A stretch of DNA of 37,420 nucleotides from Reclinomonas americana ATCC 50394 (taxonomy: Eukaryota), in the NCBI GenBank assembly GCA_048213135.1, contig PS015093.1, forward strand, positions 119,523 through 156,942, read 5' to 3'. The position numbers and the translations under genes are program-made. Of this stretch, positions 1-10,031 are shown piece after piece. Numbering within the stretch: position 1 is the first letter of the stretch; each line of letters opens with the position of its first letter. A model generated the notes under the pieces. The model was not told the origin of the DNA. It ran no database searches and worked only from the letters and a program-made list of their open reading frames with translations.

Positions 1-539
1 CTGGCAGCCATGCGTCGCTTGACTCGTTGCCGATTATTCCGTCACGGAAGAACCCCAAGACACTGCCGCCGCCCACCGACTTGCCCGTGGATGTGTCGTC
101 GGCGACTCGCGCCGGTGCTCGTCGTGCGGAACGCTCACTAGGCTCCGGCGCAGTGGCCCCACCGTCTCCATTGCTGCCTGGCGCAGGAGGAGCGAGTGGA
201 GGAGGAGGAGCAGCGGCAATCGCAGCTCCTGCCTCCGACGCCTCCGACAGCGCGCCCTCGTCGCTGCATGAGCGACCGGTCAGGTCGTCGGCGAACGGCA
301 AGTCGTCGGGGGGCGCCCCTGCTGTCGCGCCCTCATCCTCATCGTCGTCATCGGCGGCGGCGGCGGCGGCGACCAACGGCAAGCTGGTAGCCGGAGATGC
401 GGGTGGTGGCGCCGCCGCCGCCTCGGCCGCCAGGAGAAGCAGCGGCTCATTACCGACTGCTGCAGCGGGCAGTGGCCGATCGGCCTCAGGGGCAGGGACA
501 TCTGGTGGCAAGACGAACCGCAAGTGTGTGCTGTTGTAG
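1..539 (+). CDS. 3' end of an unidentified gene: Ser/Ala/Gly-rich low-complexity tail ending in a CaaX motif (KTNRKCVLL*)
   Basis: Frame 3 is open from the window start to TAG at 537-539, with GC-rich coding-like composition. It ends in basic residues plus C-V-L-L, a typical geranylgeranylation signal. The 5' part lies outside the window. Confidence 0.6.
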   Translation, partial: GSHASLDSLPIIPSRKNPKTLPPPTDLPVDVSSATRAGARRAERSLGSGAVAPPSPLLPGAGGASGGGGAAAIAAPASDASDSAPSSLHERPVRSSANGKSSGGAPAVAPSSSSSSSAAAAAATNGKLVAGDAGGGAAAASAARRSSGSLPTAAAGSGRSASGAGTSGGKTNRKCVLL

Positions 540-1424
540 TAGGCATTAGTCGTGTTTGTGTTTCTCTTTCCTCTTCTCTCCTAGTCTTGTTTCTTCGTCG
601 CAGCGAGAGCGTGGCTCGAGTGCGTGTGCATTCGGCGGGCTCGCAAGTGGCTATTGGTGCGATATATATGTTTGCGGTGGCGTGGTGTGTGGTCTTTTCT
701 TTCTTTCTTTCTGCACCTTGGCGTGCGAGATGTTCGTAGTGAGTAAAGGAAAATGGATAAGGGCACGGTGGGGAAAGGGCAAGGGGAAGGGGAAGAGGGG
801 AGAGGGACAAAGGGGAAGAAGGGAGACAGAGGGAAAGGAAAGGAAGGAGAGAATGAGGGAGCAAATGGTGACAAGATTAGTGGAATGGAGGTCAAGAGAA
901 GACAGTCAGGCCGACGAAGTGCGAGGGAGAACCGAGGTTGGAGTGAGAAGTGCAGGGCGATGGAGGATGAGAAGACTGTCAGGCCGAAGAAATGCGAAGG
1001 AGAGCCGAGGTTGGAGTTCAAGCTGTGAGATACCATGAGCACCGCCAGGCTTTTGCTGCAAGGGAACGGAAAACGGTGAACACGTTGAGTGTTACAGCGA
1101 AGTGGCCGCGAATTCTGGCCTAGCCGATCCTGCATGCGCACACTGCGAATACGGCAAGTCACCGGATTCGGCGCAGTATACGGAGCGAATACGGTGGTCA
1201 TACGACCGGATTCGCGCGAATTCCGCAAGAGTTGTGATCGAGAATGGTTGACGAGGAGTTGAAGGAGATCGAAAACACACGCTTCGAGAGGAAAGAAGAA
1301 AGAATTGCAGCAAGGTGCGACAGCCCGCACGCAGCCACAGGAACTACTCACACTCGAGCAGCTCGAGAAAGAAGAAACGTCGCGACTCGTCCCATTTCCT
1401 CTTATTCTCTGTCTTGAGCCAAAC

Positions 1425-2510
1425 ATGCCCCCTCTTCGCTTCCTCTGCAGGTGCCTGCGAGGCCACACTGGCGAGGTCTCCAGTGTCACCTTCACTCGCG
1501 ACGGCCGGCACGTGCTGAGTGCTTCAGTGGACGGAACAATTCTCAAGGGGTCATTGACGAGTGGCGCGCATGTGCACCTGTGCTCTGCGGGATACGAAGG
1601 CGTTTGGTCACTGGCAGTCTCCGCTGACGCGCTGCGTTGTGTGATTGGAGGCTATGCAGCGCACATGTGGTCGTTTCACACAGCGCTCGAGGATCCGCAA
1701 AGAGAGAGGCTACTGCGCCGGCACGATGCAAAAGCTCCGATCATGTCAGTTGTCTTTACTCCCGACGAGCAGCACGTGGTGTGCGGGTGCTGGAACGGTA
1801 CTGTGTATGTGTACTCGGTGGCAAGCGGATACGCAGTGTGGAAGTTGCAGGATTGGCAAATGAAACAGGTGGAGACCGTGGCGGTCACGCCCGATGGTCG
1901 TCACATTGTGAGTGGTGGCGGTGAGGTGCTGCATGTGTGGTCGATGGCGAGTGGAGAGCTTGTGCGACGAATCGCAGGTCACGAGTCTGTCGTGGAGTCT
2001 GTTGCTGTCACTCCTGACGGGCTGCGCGTGGTGAGCGGCAGCTGGGACGAGACCGTTCGTGTGTGGTCACTGGCAAGCGGGGCGCAGGAGCGATGCTTGC
2101 GGGGCCACACTGACGAGGTGCACACTGTGGCTGTCACCGCGGATGGGCGGCACATTGTGAGCGGCAGTCGCGATGGCACCGTCCGCGTGTGGTCGCTGGC
2201 GAGTGGGGAGGAGGTGTGTCGGTTGATCGCGCGCTGTCATCCAGTGTGGTCGGTCGCCGTGTCTCCCGACGGGCAACACATTGCGAGTGGGAGTGCAGAC
2301 AAGAAGGTGCGCGTGTGGTCGACACCGTGCGGACTGGCGCGATTGGAGCTCGAATGGGCGCGGCGGGCGCAGCAGGCGGTGCGTGAGGCGGGCGGTGGGG
2401 ATGATGATGATTCGCGGTGCTTGCCGGAGTTGGTGCTGCGGTGCTTCATCGTCGAGGAGGCGGCGGTGGTGGTGTATAGGTGTGGGGTGGATCCCGAGAT
2501 GAGCTTGTGA
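1425..2510 (+). CDS. Intronless 7-repeat WD40 protein with a conserved ~60-aa C-terminal tail (WD-A)
   Basis: ATG at 1425 (MPPLRFLCRCLRGHTGEV). Seven WD40 units of the type GH..V.SVAVTPDG.HIVSGS.D.TVRVWS, followed by the tail ...RCLPELVLRCFIVEEAAVVVYRCGVDPEMSL*. The start codon is inferred. Confidence 0.85.
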   Translation: MPPLRFLCRCLRGHTGEVSSVTFTRDGRHVLSASVDGTILKGSLTSGAHVHLCSAGYEGVWSLAVSADALRCVIGGYAAHMWSFHTALEDPQRERLLRRHDAKAPIMSVVFTPDEQHVVCGCWNGTVYVYSVASGYAVWKLQDWQMKQVETVAVTPDGRHIVSGGGEVLHVWSMASGELVRRIAGHESVVESVAVTPDGLRVVSGSWDETVRVWSLASGAQERCLRGHTDEVHTVAVTADGRHIVSGSRDGTVRVWSLASGEEVCRLIARCHPVWSVAVSPDGQHIASGSADKKVRVWSTPCGLARLELEWARRAQQAVREAGGGDDDDSRCLPELVLRCFIVEEAAVVVYRCGVDPEMSL

Positions 2511-2947
2511 GGGAAGGGGAAGGAAGAGGGAAAGGAGGAAAGGGGAGAAGGGGTAAAGGGGGGAGAAGGGGGAGGGAAAGGGTGAGGGAAGGCGAGAGGA
2601 AGCAAATCGGATATCTCCGATTTGATGCCCGCTGCTCCGGAACGTCGCTATCCAAGCTTTTCACAGAAGCACGGCAGATACAGCAAAAAACACAGAGCTT
2701 TTTCGATTTGCGATTTGCGTTTTCGCGATTCTCGATCAACTATCTGCCCGTGGGATCGATGGCGTTCTGACGCTCGACACGATCTTGTCATCAGGGCGGC
2801 GCGCTGGTGCCTGTATCCCACCAGCGCCGCTTGAGACCTGTAGCTGTCCCTTTAAAGCCGTTCTTCGCTGCTAATACAGCTGCCTTGTTTCTTTCCTGCC
2901 TGTAGTTGACAATTGAACACAAAAGAACCATCGAGGTGGTACTCTGT

Positions 2948-5900
2948 TTACTCATACAAAGCATTGGTGAAATCCGGAAGAAACGAACCGCATATTCTCT
3001 CGAGAACTTCTCCTTCTTGGGGGCCCCGTAGAATGTGAACAGATCTGCCGCGTGCTCGGACAGTGCGATCGCCCACAACAACTGAGAACCGAGACATACT
3101 GGCAGGATCGGCCAGAGCGCAGTATCGCACTTCTAGATCTTGTCCACTCGCCAGCGACCAGACTCGCACTGTGTTGTCCTCACTTCTACTTACAATGTGC
3201 TGACCATCGGCAGTGACAGCAACACATGTTACCGCTCTCGTGTGTCCCACCAGTCGCAGCACCTCCACACCACTCACCAGAGACCATACACGCACTGATC
3301 TGTCAGCACTCCCACTAACAGCGTGCTGCCCATCGGGAGTGACGTCGACAGACAGTGCCCCTTCAGTGTGCCCCTCCAGCCTTTGCATTTCCTCTCCACT
3401 CGCCACGGACCACACTCGTAAGGTGTTATCACCACCCCCACTCACAATGTATTCGCCATTAGGAGATGCAGCAATAGACCACACCTTTCCAGTGTGCCCC
3501 GTCAATCGTCGCACGTCTTCTCCACTCGCCAACGACCACACTCGAATCATCTTGTCATCACTCCCACTTACGATGTACTGAGCATCGGGAGTGACAGCTA
3601 CCGACCGCACCCCTCCAGTGTGTCCCTCCAACCGTCGTACTTCATACCCACTCGCCACAGACCACATTCGTACGGTCATGTCCCTGCTTACGCTGGCAAT
3701 GTGTTGACCATCGCGTGTGACAACAACAGAATACACCCACCCAGTGTGACCCTCCAACCGTCGCACTTCGCCGTTCACCATCGACCACACACGCACAGTA
3801 TTGTCACTACTCCCACTTACTATGTGCTGGCCATCGGGCATGACAACAACAGACCAAACCCACCCAGCGTGCCCCTCCAACCGTCGCACTTCCTCTCCGT
3901 TCACCATCGACCAAACACGCACAGACTGGTCAATGCCCCCACTCACGAGGTGCTGACCATCGGGCGCGACAGTGACACACAGCACCTCACGAATGTGTCC
4001 CTTCAACACTTGCGTTGCCCTACCACTTACCAAAGACCATACTGTCACTGTCCCATCCCGACATCCAATTACAGTGTGCTGTGAATCTGGAGTGACTGCA
4101 ACAGAACGCACCCTCCCATCCACAACCCGTAAACTTGCTCTCCACAACCGCACTTGCTTTCCACTCCACAGTGACCACACTCGCACTGTTTCATCATCAC
4201 TCCCGCTCACAATGTGCTGGCCATCGGGAGTGACGGCAACAGATACAACCTGGCCAGTATGTCCCTTGTATCGTCTAACCTCTACACCACTCGCCAGTGC
4301 CCACAACCGTACAGTCTCGTCCAAACTGCCACTAACAATGTGCTGGCCATCGGGTGTCACTGCGACCGATAACACAGTACCAGCATGGCCCTCCATCGGC
4401 TTCCTCGGCCACTTCACACCCGTCACATTCGCCCCTCTGAAATCCGCCTCCCTCGCATACGCCATGCACACATTCACCCCTTGAATATCCGCCCCCCTCC
4501 ACACCGTCCTATGCATCACCGCATCCCTCAAATCCGCACCCCTCACTCGCACACCCGACAGATCTCGCCCACTGAACGACACTTGTGCCACACACAACAC
4601 CGTCGCCGCATTCGCGGCTGCCGTCACCAGCCGCTCCTCATCCACCTCCCGTGACAACGAAATCACCTCCCACAGTCTCGCTTGCAATCGAGGTGACCGT
4701 CGTACCACCTCGGCCATCTGCTCCACTAACGATGGCCGATCATTCAGAAGTCGCACTGCCAGCACATGCTGCTGCACATTTTGCATCGTCAACCTGCTCT
4801 CCTCATCCCACGTCTCCCACGCAAATACATGTCGTGCCACACAGTGCTCCAACAACGACAGATGCACGAATCCCCACTGTGTCGTCCCATACCGTCGCAC
4901 AATCGGACAGCACACACGCACATGCTGATTCTTGTGACCAAGGAATTTGTCAAACGGTCCCTCTTCTACTCGTCGCATGGCGATTGGTGCACCACCGAAC
5001 TCAGCAATGTCCTCTACGAACGCCCGCTCCTCTGATGTTACGCGCACCACATTCCTCTCATGCATCAGCCGTGCCAATCCCTCACAGAAAGCGAGACACG
5101 TCTCCTCACTCGGCACACGCTCCGCACCGAGACGCGTTTGTCTCTCCTGCTCTCTCACAATCCACTGTCGAATGAATCGGTCAAACACATCACACCGAGT
5201 CGGTCGCTGCACACCATTTGCCACCAACTGCGGCAACACACGCGCCACCACTGCCAACAGGAATGGATTCGACACCAGTGCATCCAGTCCATGCACACTC
5301 TCCAATGCACGGATGTACTCTTCGGAAGTCGACCATCGCACTTCACCATCGTCATTATCATCATCACCACCAACTTGCACCAGTCGCGCGATGTATTCCT
5401 CAATCTGCTCCTTGTTGAACGGTGCAATGTGCCGCTCCATCAGCTGCTGCATGCACAGCTGACCGCGTGCATCCAATGGTGCAAAGTCCCGTCGATACTG
5501 CGTCACACCACCCAGTGCCGTAAGAGCGTAATCGCCTCGACACGCGATAATCACCTTCAAGTCGCGACACACATCCAGCTGGTTCTTGACAAACAGATTC
5601 ACACCACGATACAACTCATCGTATCCGTCAAGCAACAACAGCAATGGTTCCTCCTTCAACCGTCGCACATCGCCTTCCAATCCCAACTCGGGTGACAGTC
5701 GCTCCAACGCCTCCTCCAACAATCGCTCATCGGCATTGCGCAGAGCACCAAGAGGCACGCGCACAGGCACTCGTCTGCTCTCTCTCGCCTGCCACTGCCG
5801 CCACGCTCGCTCCGCCAGCACCGACATGGTGGTGGTCTTACCGGCTCCACTATTACCAAACAGCACCAACACACGCTGGGTGGTGTTGGCGTCGGAGAGG

Positions 5901-7216
5901 AAATCATCCACCTCCGTCAGCAGATTCGTCATCTTCTCTCTCGACGAGACGTCACGCTCACGCGAGCACACGAGTGGCACATACATCTGCATGTCCTTAC
6001 GCATACTCTCATCGTGCTGGTAGAACGAGAGCTCACGTACAGCCAGTCGATGCAGTCGCTCCTCGAAGGTGCTGATGATGTGCTGGATGTGACGTGCCTC
6101 GCAGACACGAGCGGAGAATCGAGCACGCTCATCAGCCGTCAACTGCAGTCGGGAAAAGATGGAGAGCAAGATACCACCGTCACCAAGGTAATGCTGCACA
6201 GCGACGTCTGTCAACGGCAACTCATCGTGTCTCAGCTTGTTTCTCACACTGTAAAGTTTCTTGACAGCCTTCCGTTCATCAACATTGCCAATCAACAACA
6301 GCCTGCGCCCGTCACCCAGAACGAGTCCACCATACAGCATTATGGAGGCGAGCGCCGTCGTGTCAAACCCGCCACACGGAGGGTCGGATGATGGATCTGC
6401 TGCGACAAACGCAGCACGCCAGGCCAACACCACCGACTGCTTCTCCTCGAACAACTTGACTCGAGAAGGGTGGAGTGGAGCATGTCGCTCACGCCATGCC
6501 TTCACTGCCGCCGCATCCATGCCAGCAGGCGTGTAACTCGGCACCCACGCCCGCACATCAAAGTCGGGATGATCGCGACTGAACTGCGCCAATGCGCGTT
6601 GACAGCGCAGACGCACGGCCTCCTGCACCACCTCAAAGGCCATGTTGATGCGCTGCGAGTTTATCATGCTGGGCAACACCCCATACACAGTCAGCACACA
6701 CTCACACAGAGAGAAGAATAAGCAGGGAGAGAGAGAGAGGATGACGAAGGCAAGCAGAACAAACCGAGTCATTCGCTCCGAGTTGCTGTGCGAGGACGTG
6801 AAAGTGAGATGAATGTTATGCACAGAGGAAGAACCACAGACACACACACCTTCTACTCTCACTCCCTCCACTCGACTGCAGCACCACGCCAAGAGTCACA
6901 CGGACGACGAGATCAGTGGTGGATGAATTGATGCCGAGATCCTCCAGCTCCATTCCGCCAACCTTGGCCACCTTGTACGGCACCGGCTTCTCCACTCCCA
7001 CAATCTCCATCTCCCCATCTCCGCTCTTCTCCCGCAGCAAGCGCGTGGCGTCGCGGAGCAACTCCGCGAGAGTGGACACGGCCGACAGGCCTTCCACCAC
7101 CACCGACAGCGACGAATCATGCGACGCACTCACGTGCACAGAGAACTGACAAGGAACAGTGAGCACACAGCAGAAGGAGAGATGACTGGGCACACAACAC
7201 AAACACACACCGACAT
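2948..7216 (-). CDS. NLR-like STAND protein 1: Ubl-like - HEPN-like - NACHT - pentapeptide repeats - 10 WD40 repeats (~1340 aa)
   Basis: Manual model join(7216..7211, 7145..6850, 6668..2948) with GT-AG introns and consistent phases (0, 2); a GCTGAC branch-like motif precedes the second acceptor. Motifs: Walker A GNSGAGKTT, Walker B LLLLLDGYDEL, VIIACR, SNPFLL, winged-helix FVHLSLLEH, AAANAATVL followed by pentapeptide repeats (DLSGVRVRGADLRDA...), and 10 WD40 units. The N-terminal region has FDTTALASIM...RNKLRH (RxxxxH at 6227-6244). Confidence 0.88.
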
Positions 7217-7407
7217 TGTTTGCACTGCGCGTGTTCGGTACGTATATTTGTTGCGTTTCAAATCTGTCAAACGTCAACTCTCTCTCGTCACAACTCGGAA
7301 CAACCAGCTCGCGCGTGTTGCAGCTGCCTCTCTGTGCCTCTCTCTCTCCCTCGCCCTCGCAAAAGAATGAATCGTCCTCGTCCCCCACACACACATCCTT
7401 TCGCGAA
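7217..7407. promoter_or_regulatory. Probable bidirectional promoter between NLR-like gene 1 and WD-B
   Basis: Only 191 bp separate the inferred minus-strand ATG (7216) and plus-strand ATG (7408). No specific element is recognised; the call is positional. Confidence 0.5.
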
Positions 7408-8502
7408 ATGTCATTGGCACGCCATCCACACCTCCTCAAGCAAATCGAGGCACACGCCGGCGAGCTCTGCTCGCTCACCGTCTCCCCCAACGGCCGCTTC
7501 TTCGTCACCGGCGGCTACGACTCGGCCATTCGCGTGTGGTCCTCCGCCACTCTCGCCGAGATCCGCGTGCTCGTCGGCCACGTCAGCGCCGTCTGGTCGG
7601 TCGCCGTCACCCCCGACAGCCGCCACATTGTGAGCTGCAGCTGGGACAACTCGGTGTGTGTGTGGAACCCGGCGACGGGACGCCAAGTGCGCACGCTGAG
7701 TGGACACTACGGGTCGGTGGACTGCATGCAAGTCAGCAGCGATGGGAAGCTCATTGTGAGCGGTGGAGCTGATAAGACTGTGCGCGTGTGGTCGCTGGCA
7801 AGTGGCGAGCTGCTGCGCGAGTTGGAGGGGCACGAGGGCTCTCTGTACTGTGTCGAGTTCACGCGCGATGGGCGTCATGTGTTGAGCGCAGGCTTTCAGA
7901 GTACGGTGATCCGCGTGTGGTCCGTGGAGAGCGGGAAGGAGGAGCGGTGTCTGGCAGGCCACACGGCATGCGTCGTGTCGCTTGCGGTCACTCCCGACGG
8001 CCTGCACGCTGTCAGTGGCAGCGATGATGGAACCGTTCGGGTGTGGTCGCTGGCCAGTGGAGAAGAGGTGCGACGGCTGGAGGGGCACGCGGATGGATCC
8101 GGAGTGCGTGCGGTGGCGGTGAGTGCCGATGGGCGGCGTATTGTCAGCGGCGGCGATTGGCAAGACGGCACAGTGCGCGTGTGGTCGCTGGCGACGGGCG
8201 AGGAGACGCGACGACTGGAGCTGTGTCCGGAGGGCGTGACGTGCGTGGCTGTGACGCGCGATGGGCGTGTGCTGAGTGGAAGCTTCGACGGGGTGTTGCG
8301 GGTGTGGTCGTCGCCGGGCGGGCGTGCGCAGGTGGAGTTGGAGAGCGCGAGGGCGGCGATGCGAGTGGTGCAGGCGATGCTGGAGGAGGAAGCTCGAGGG
8401 GAAGAGCGGTGTCTGCCGGAGCTGGTGATGCGGTGCTTTATGGTGGAGGAGGCGGAGGTGGTGGTGCGCAGGTGTGCGGTGGATCCGGAGTTGCGCTGGT
8501 GA
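7408..8502 (+). CDS. Intronless 7-repeat WD40 protein with a conserved C-terminal tail (WD-B, paralogue of WD-A)
   Basis: ATG at 7408 (MSLARHPHLLKQIEAHAGE). Seven WD40 units, then the tail ...RCLPELVMRCFMVEEAEVVVRRCAVDPELRW*, which matches the WD-A tail. Confidence 0.87.
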   Translation: MSLARHPHLLKQIEAHAGELCSLTVSPNGRFFVTGGYDSAIRVWSSATLAEIRVLVGHVSAVWSVAVTPDSRHIVSCSWDNSVCVWNPATGRQVRTLSGHYGSVDCMQVSSDGKLIVSGGADKTVRVWSLASGELLRELEGHEGSLYCVEFTRDGRHVLSAGFQSTVIRVWSVESGKEERCLAGHTACVVSLAVTPDGLHAVSGSDDGTVRVWSLASGEEVRRLEGHADGSGVRAVAVSADGRRIVSGGDWQDGTVRVWSLATGEETRRLELCPEGVTCVAVTRDGRVLSGSFDGVLRVWSSPGGRAQVELESARAAMRVVQAMLEEEARGEERCLPELVMRCFMVEEAEVVVRRCAVDPELRW

Positions 8503-9565
8503 GCGGGAGGGGAAAGAATGGGGAGGGGAAAGAATGGGAAAGGGGGTTTTATAGAAGGGTTGTGGTTAATGAAGTGTATGTATTGCTAATGAGGTGGGAA
8601 AGAAGAGACTTAGAGAGATGCACAGACGCTGCATGAGGGTTTATTCGTCGAGAGGAGAAGAACGGGAGGAGAGGCGGTATGCAGATGCAGTGCGTGGCTT
8701 TCTTGTTGACTTTGATGGCGAACTGTCACTGTTCGTTGTAAGTGTAGAAGAATGGGAGGCGCTGAAGCAGAAGCGTGTTTTCTCTTCTTGCACTGAGAGT
8801 CGTGAAGGTAGTCTGCGGCCGTTCGTTGCAGAGGGGAGGAGAGTTGGAGGAAAAGCGGTTACGCAGATGCAGCGCGTGGCTTCCTTGTTGAGTTTGATGG
8901 TGTGAAGGCAGTCTGTGGCTGTGAAGGCAGAGGCGCTGAAGCTTCACGCTGCTTTCTTCTTGAACTGGTAGGCAGGGCTGCTCGTGCCAGTTCGTTGCAG
9001 GGGGACTGGCCTGAGCAGCTGCACATGCAGGTTAAGACCGTCGACTGTTGTGTGGGAGAGAGCACGGTTGCTGCCAGTGATGTGTGAGGCGCGATCGAGG
9101 CAGATCGCTGCAATGGAGAAGGCAACTTTGCAAGCAGTTCAGTGACTTGGTCGGCAAAAGAGCCTTTGCGCTCTGCTGCACCTCTCACAACTGCCTCTGT
9201 AGCGTTTCTCTCAATCGAGCTCAGCTGTCTCCTAGCTGCAGCGTGCTTTTGTTCAGTCCAGCTCTTGACGAACTGCACCTCTTGCCTGTTCCATTCCTCG
9301 ACGTCGACGTCAATCGGTAACGCGACACATCAGCACGACAGCTGAATTCCTCGTGCAACTCCCACTGGCCTTACAACAAAAAAACAGCAACTATGTATGC
9401 GCAAGCAGGCGGACAGCCGCGTGTTACGACTTCACGCCCCTTCAAAATCGTTGAAAACAAGCCAGTCACAGGACGGACGCAGACACGCGTCGTCACGCGC
9501 TCTTCGTTTTCACACTCAGAGAGGCCGCTGTGAGCAGAGGAATGTACTCAAGACCAGGAGGATCA

Positions 9566-9774
9566 ATGGCATCAGGGTGAGTGTGAGAGAGGGGAGAGAG
9601 AGGAGAGAGAGAGGGAGTGGGGAGAGAGGAGAGAAGAGAGATAGAGAGAGAGAGAGAGTCTTGAGAGAAGAGAGAGTATGGACCAAGATTGACAGCGAGG
9701 AGAGAGAGAGAGAGAGAGAAGAGAGAGAGAGAACGACGACAAGATACTCTGTCTCTCACACAACTAGGATCTCG

Positions 9775-9811
<37 letters not shown>

Positions 9812-9985
9812 CGTACACGCTCAGAGTCTGTGCGGTGTGTGTATCTCTCTCTCTCTTTCTTTCTCTCTCTCCCTGTGTGTTGTGGTCAGGACAGCAGCAG
9901 AAGGCACGCACACACTCTCACCCCACAGAGAGAAGAGAGAGCCTCTCGCTCTCTGTCTCTCTTTCTGTCTCTGTCTCTCTCTCTT

Positions 9986-10031
<46 letters not shown>

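Noticed and set aside
1236-2740. Inverted 11-bp match (tgatcgagaat / attctcgatca) flanking WD-A as possible transposon ends
   Set aside because: Too short, no target-site duplication is seen, and a similar word occurs at ~36587; compatible with chance.
2670-2752. Possible hairpin ncRNA (cacggcagata ... tatctgcccgtg) between WD-A and NLR-like gene 1
   Set aside because: A single imperfect 11-bp stem with no recognisable RNA-family motifs.
3213-6536. Numerous plus-strand ORFs overlapping the NACHT-WD40 genes (also 25726-29737)
   Set aside because: Antisense shadows of GC-rich repetitive coding sequence with no recognisable domains.
6669-6892. Hydrophobic 'signal/TM' N-terminus of the 1314-aa ORF (and the 29718-29923 extension of the 1468-aa ORF)
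   Set aside because: This is read-through of pyrimidine-rich intron sequence; it is not conserved between paralogues, whereas the splice junctions are.
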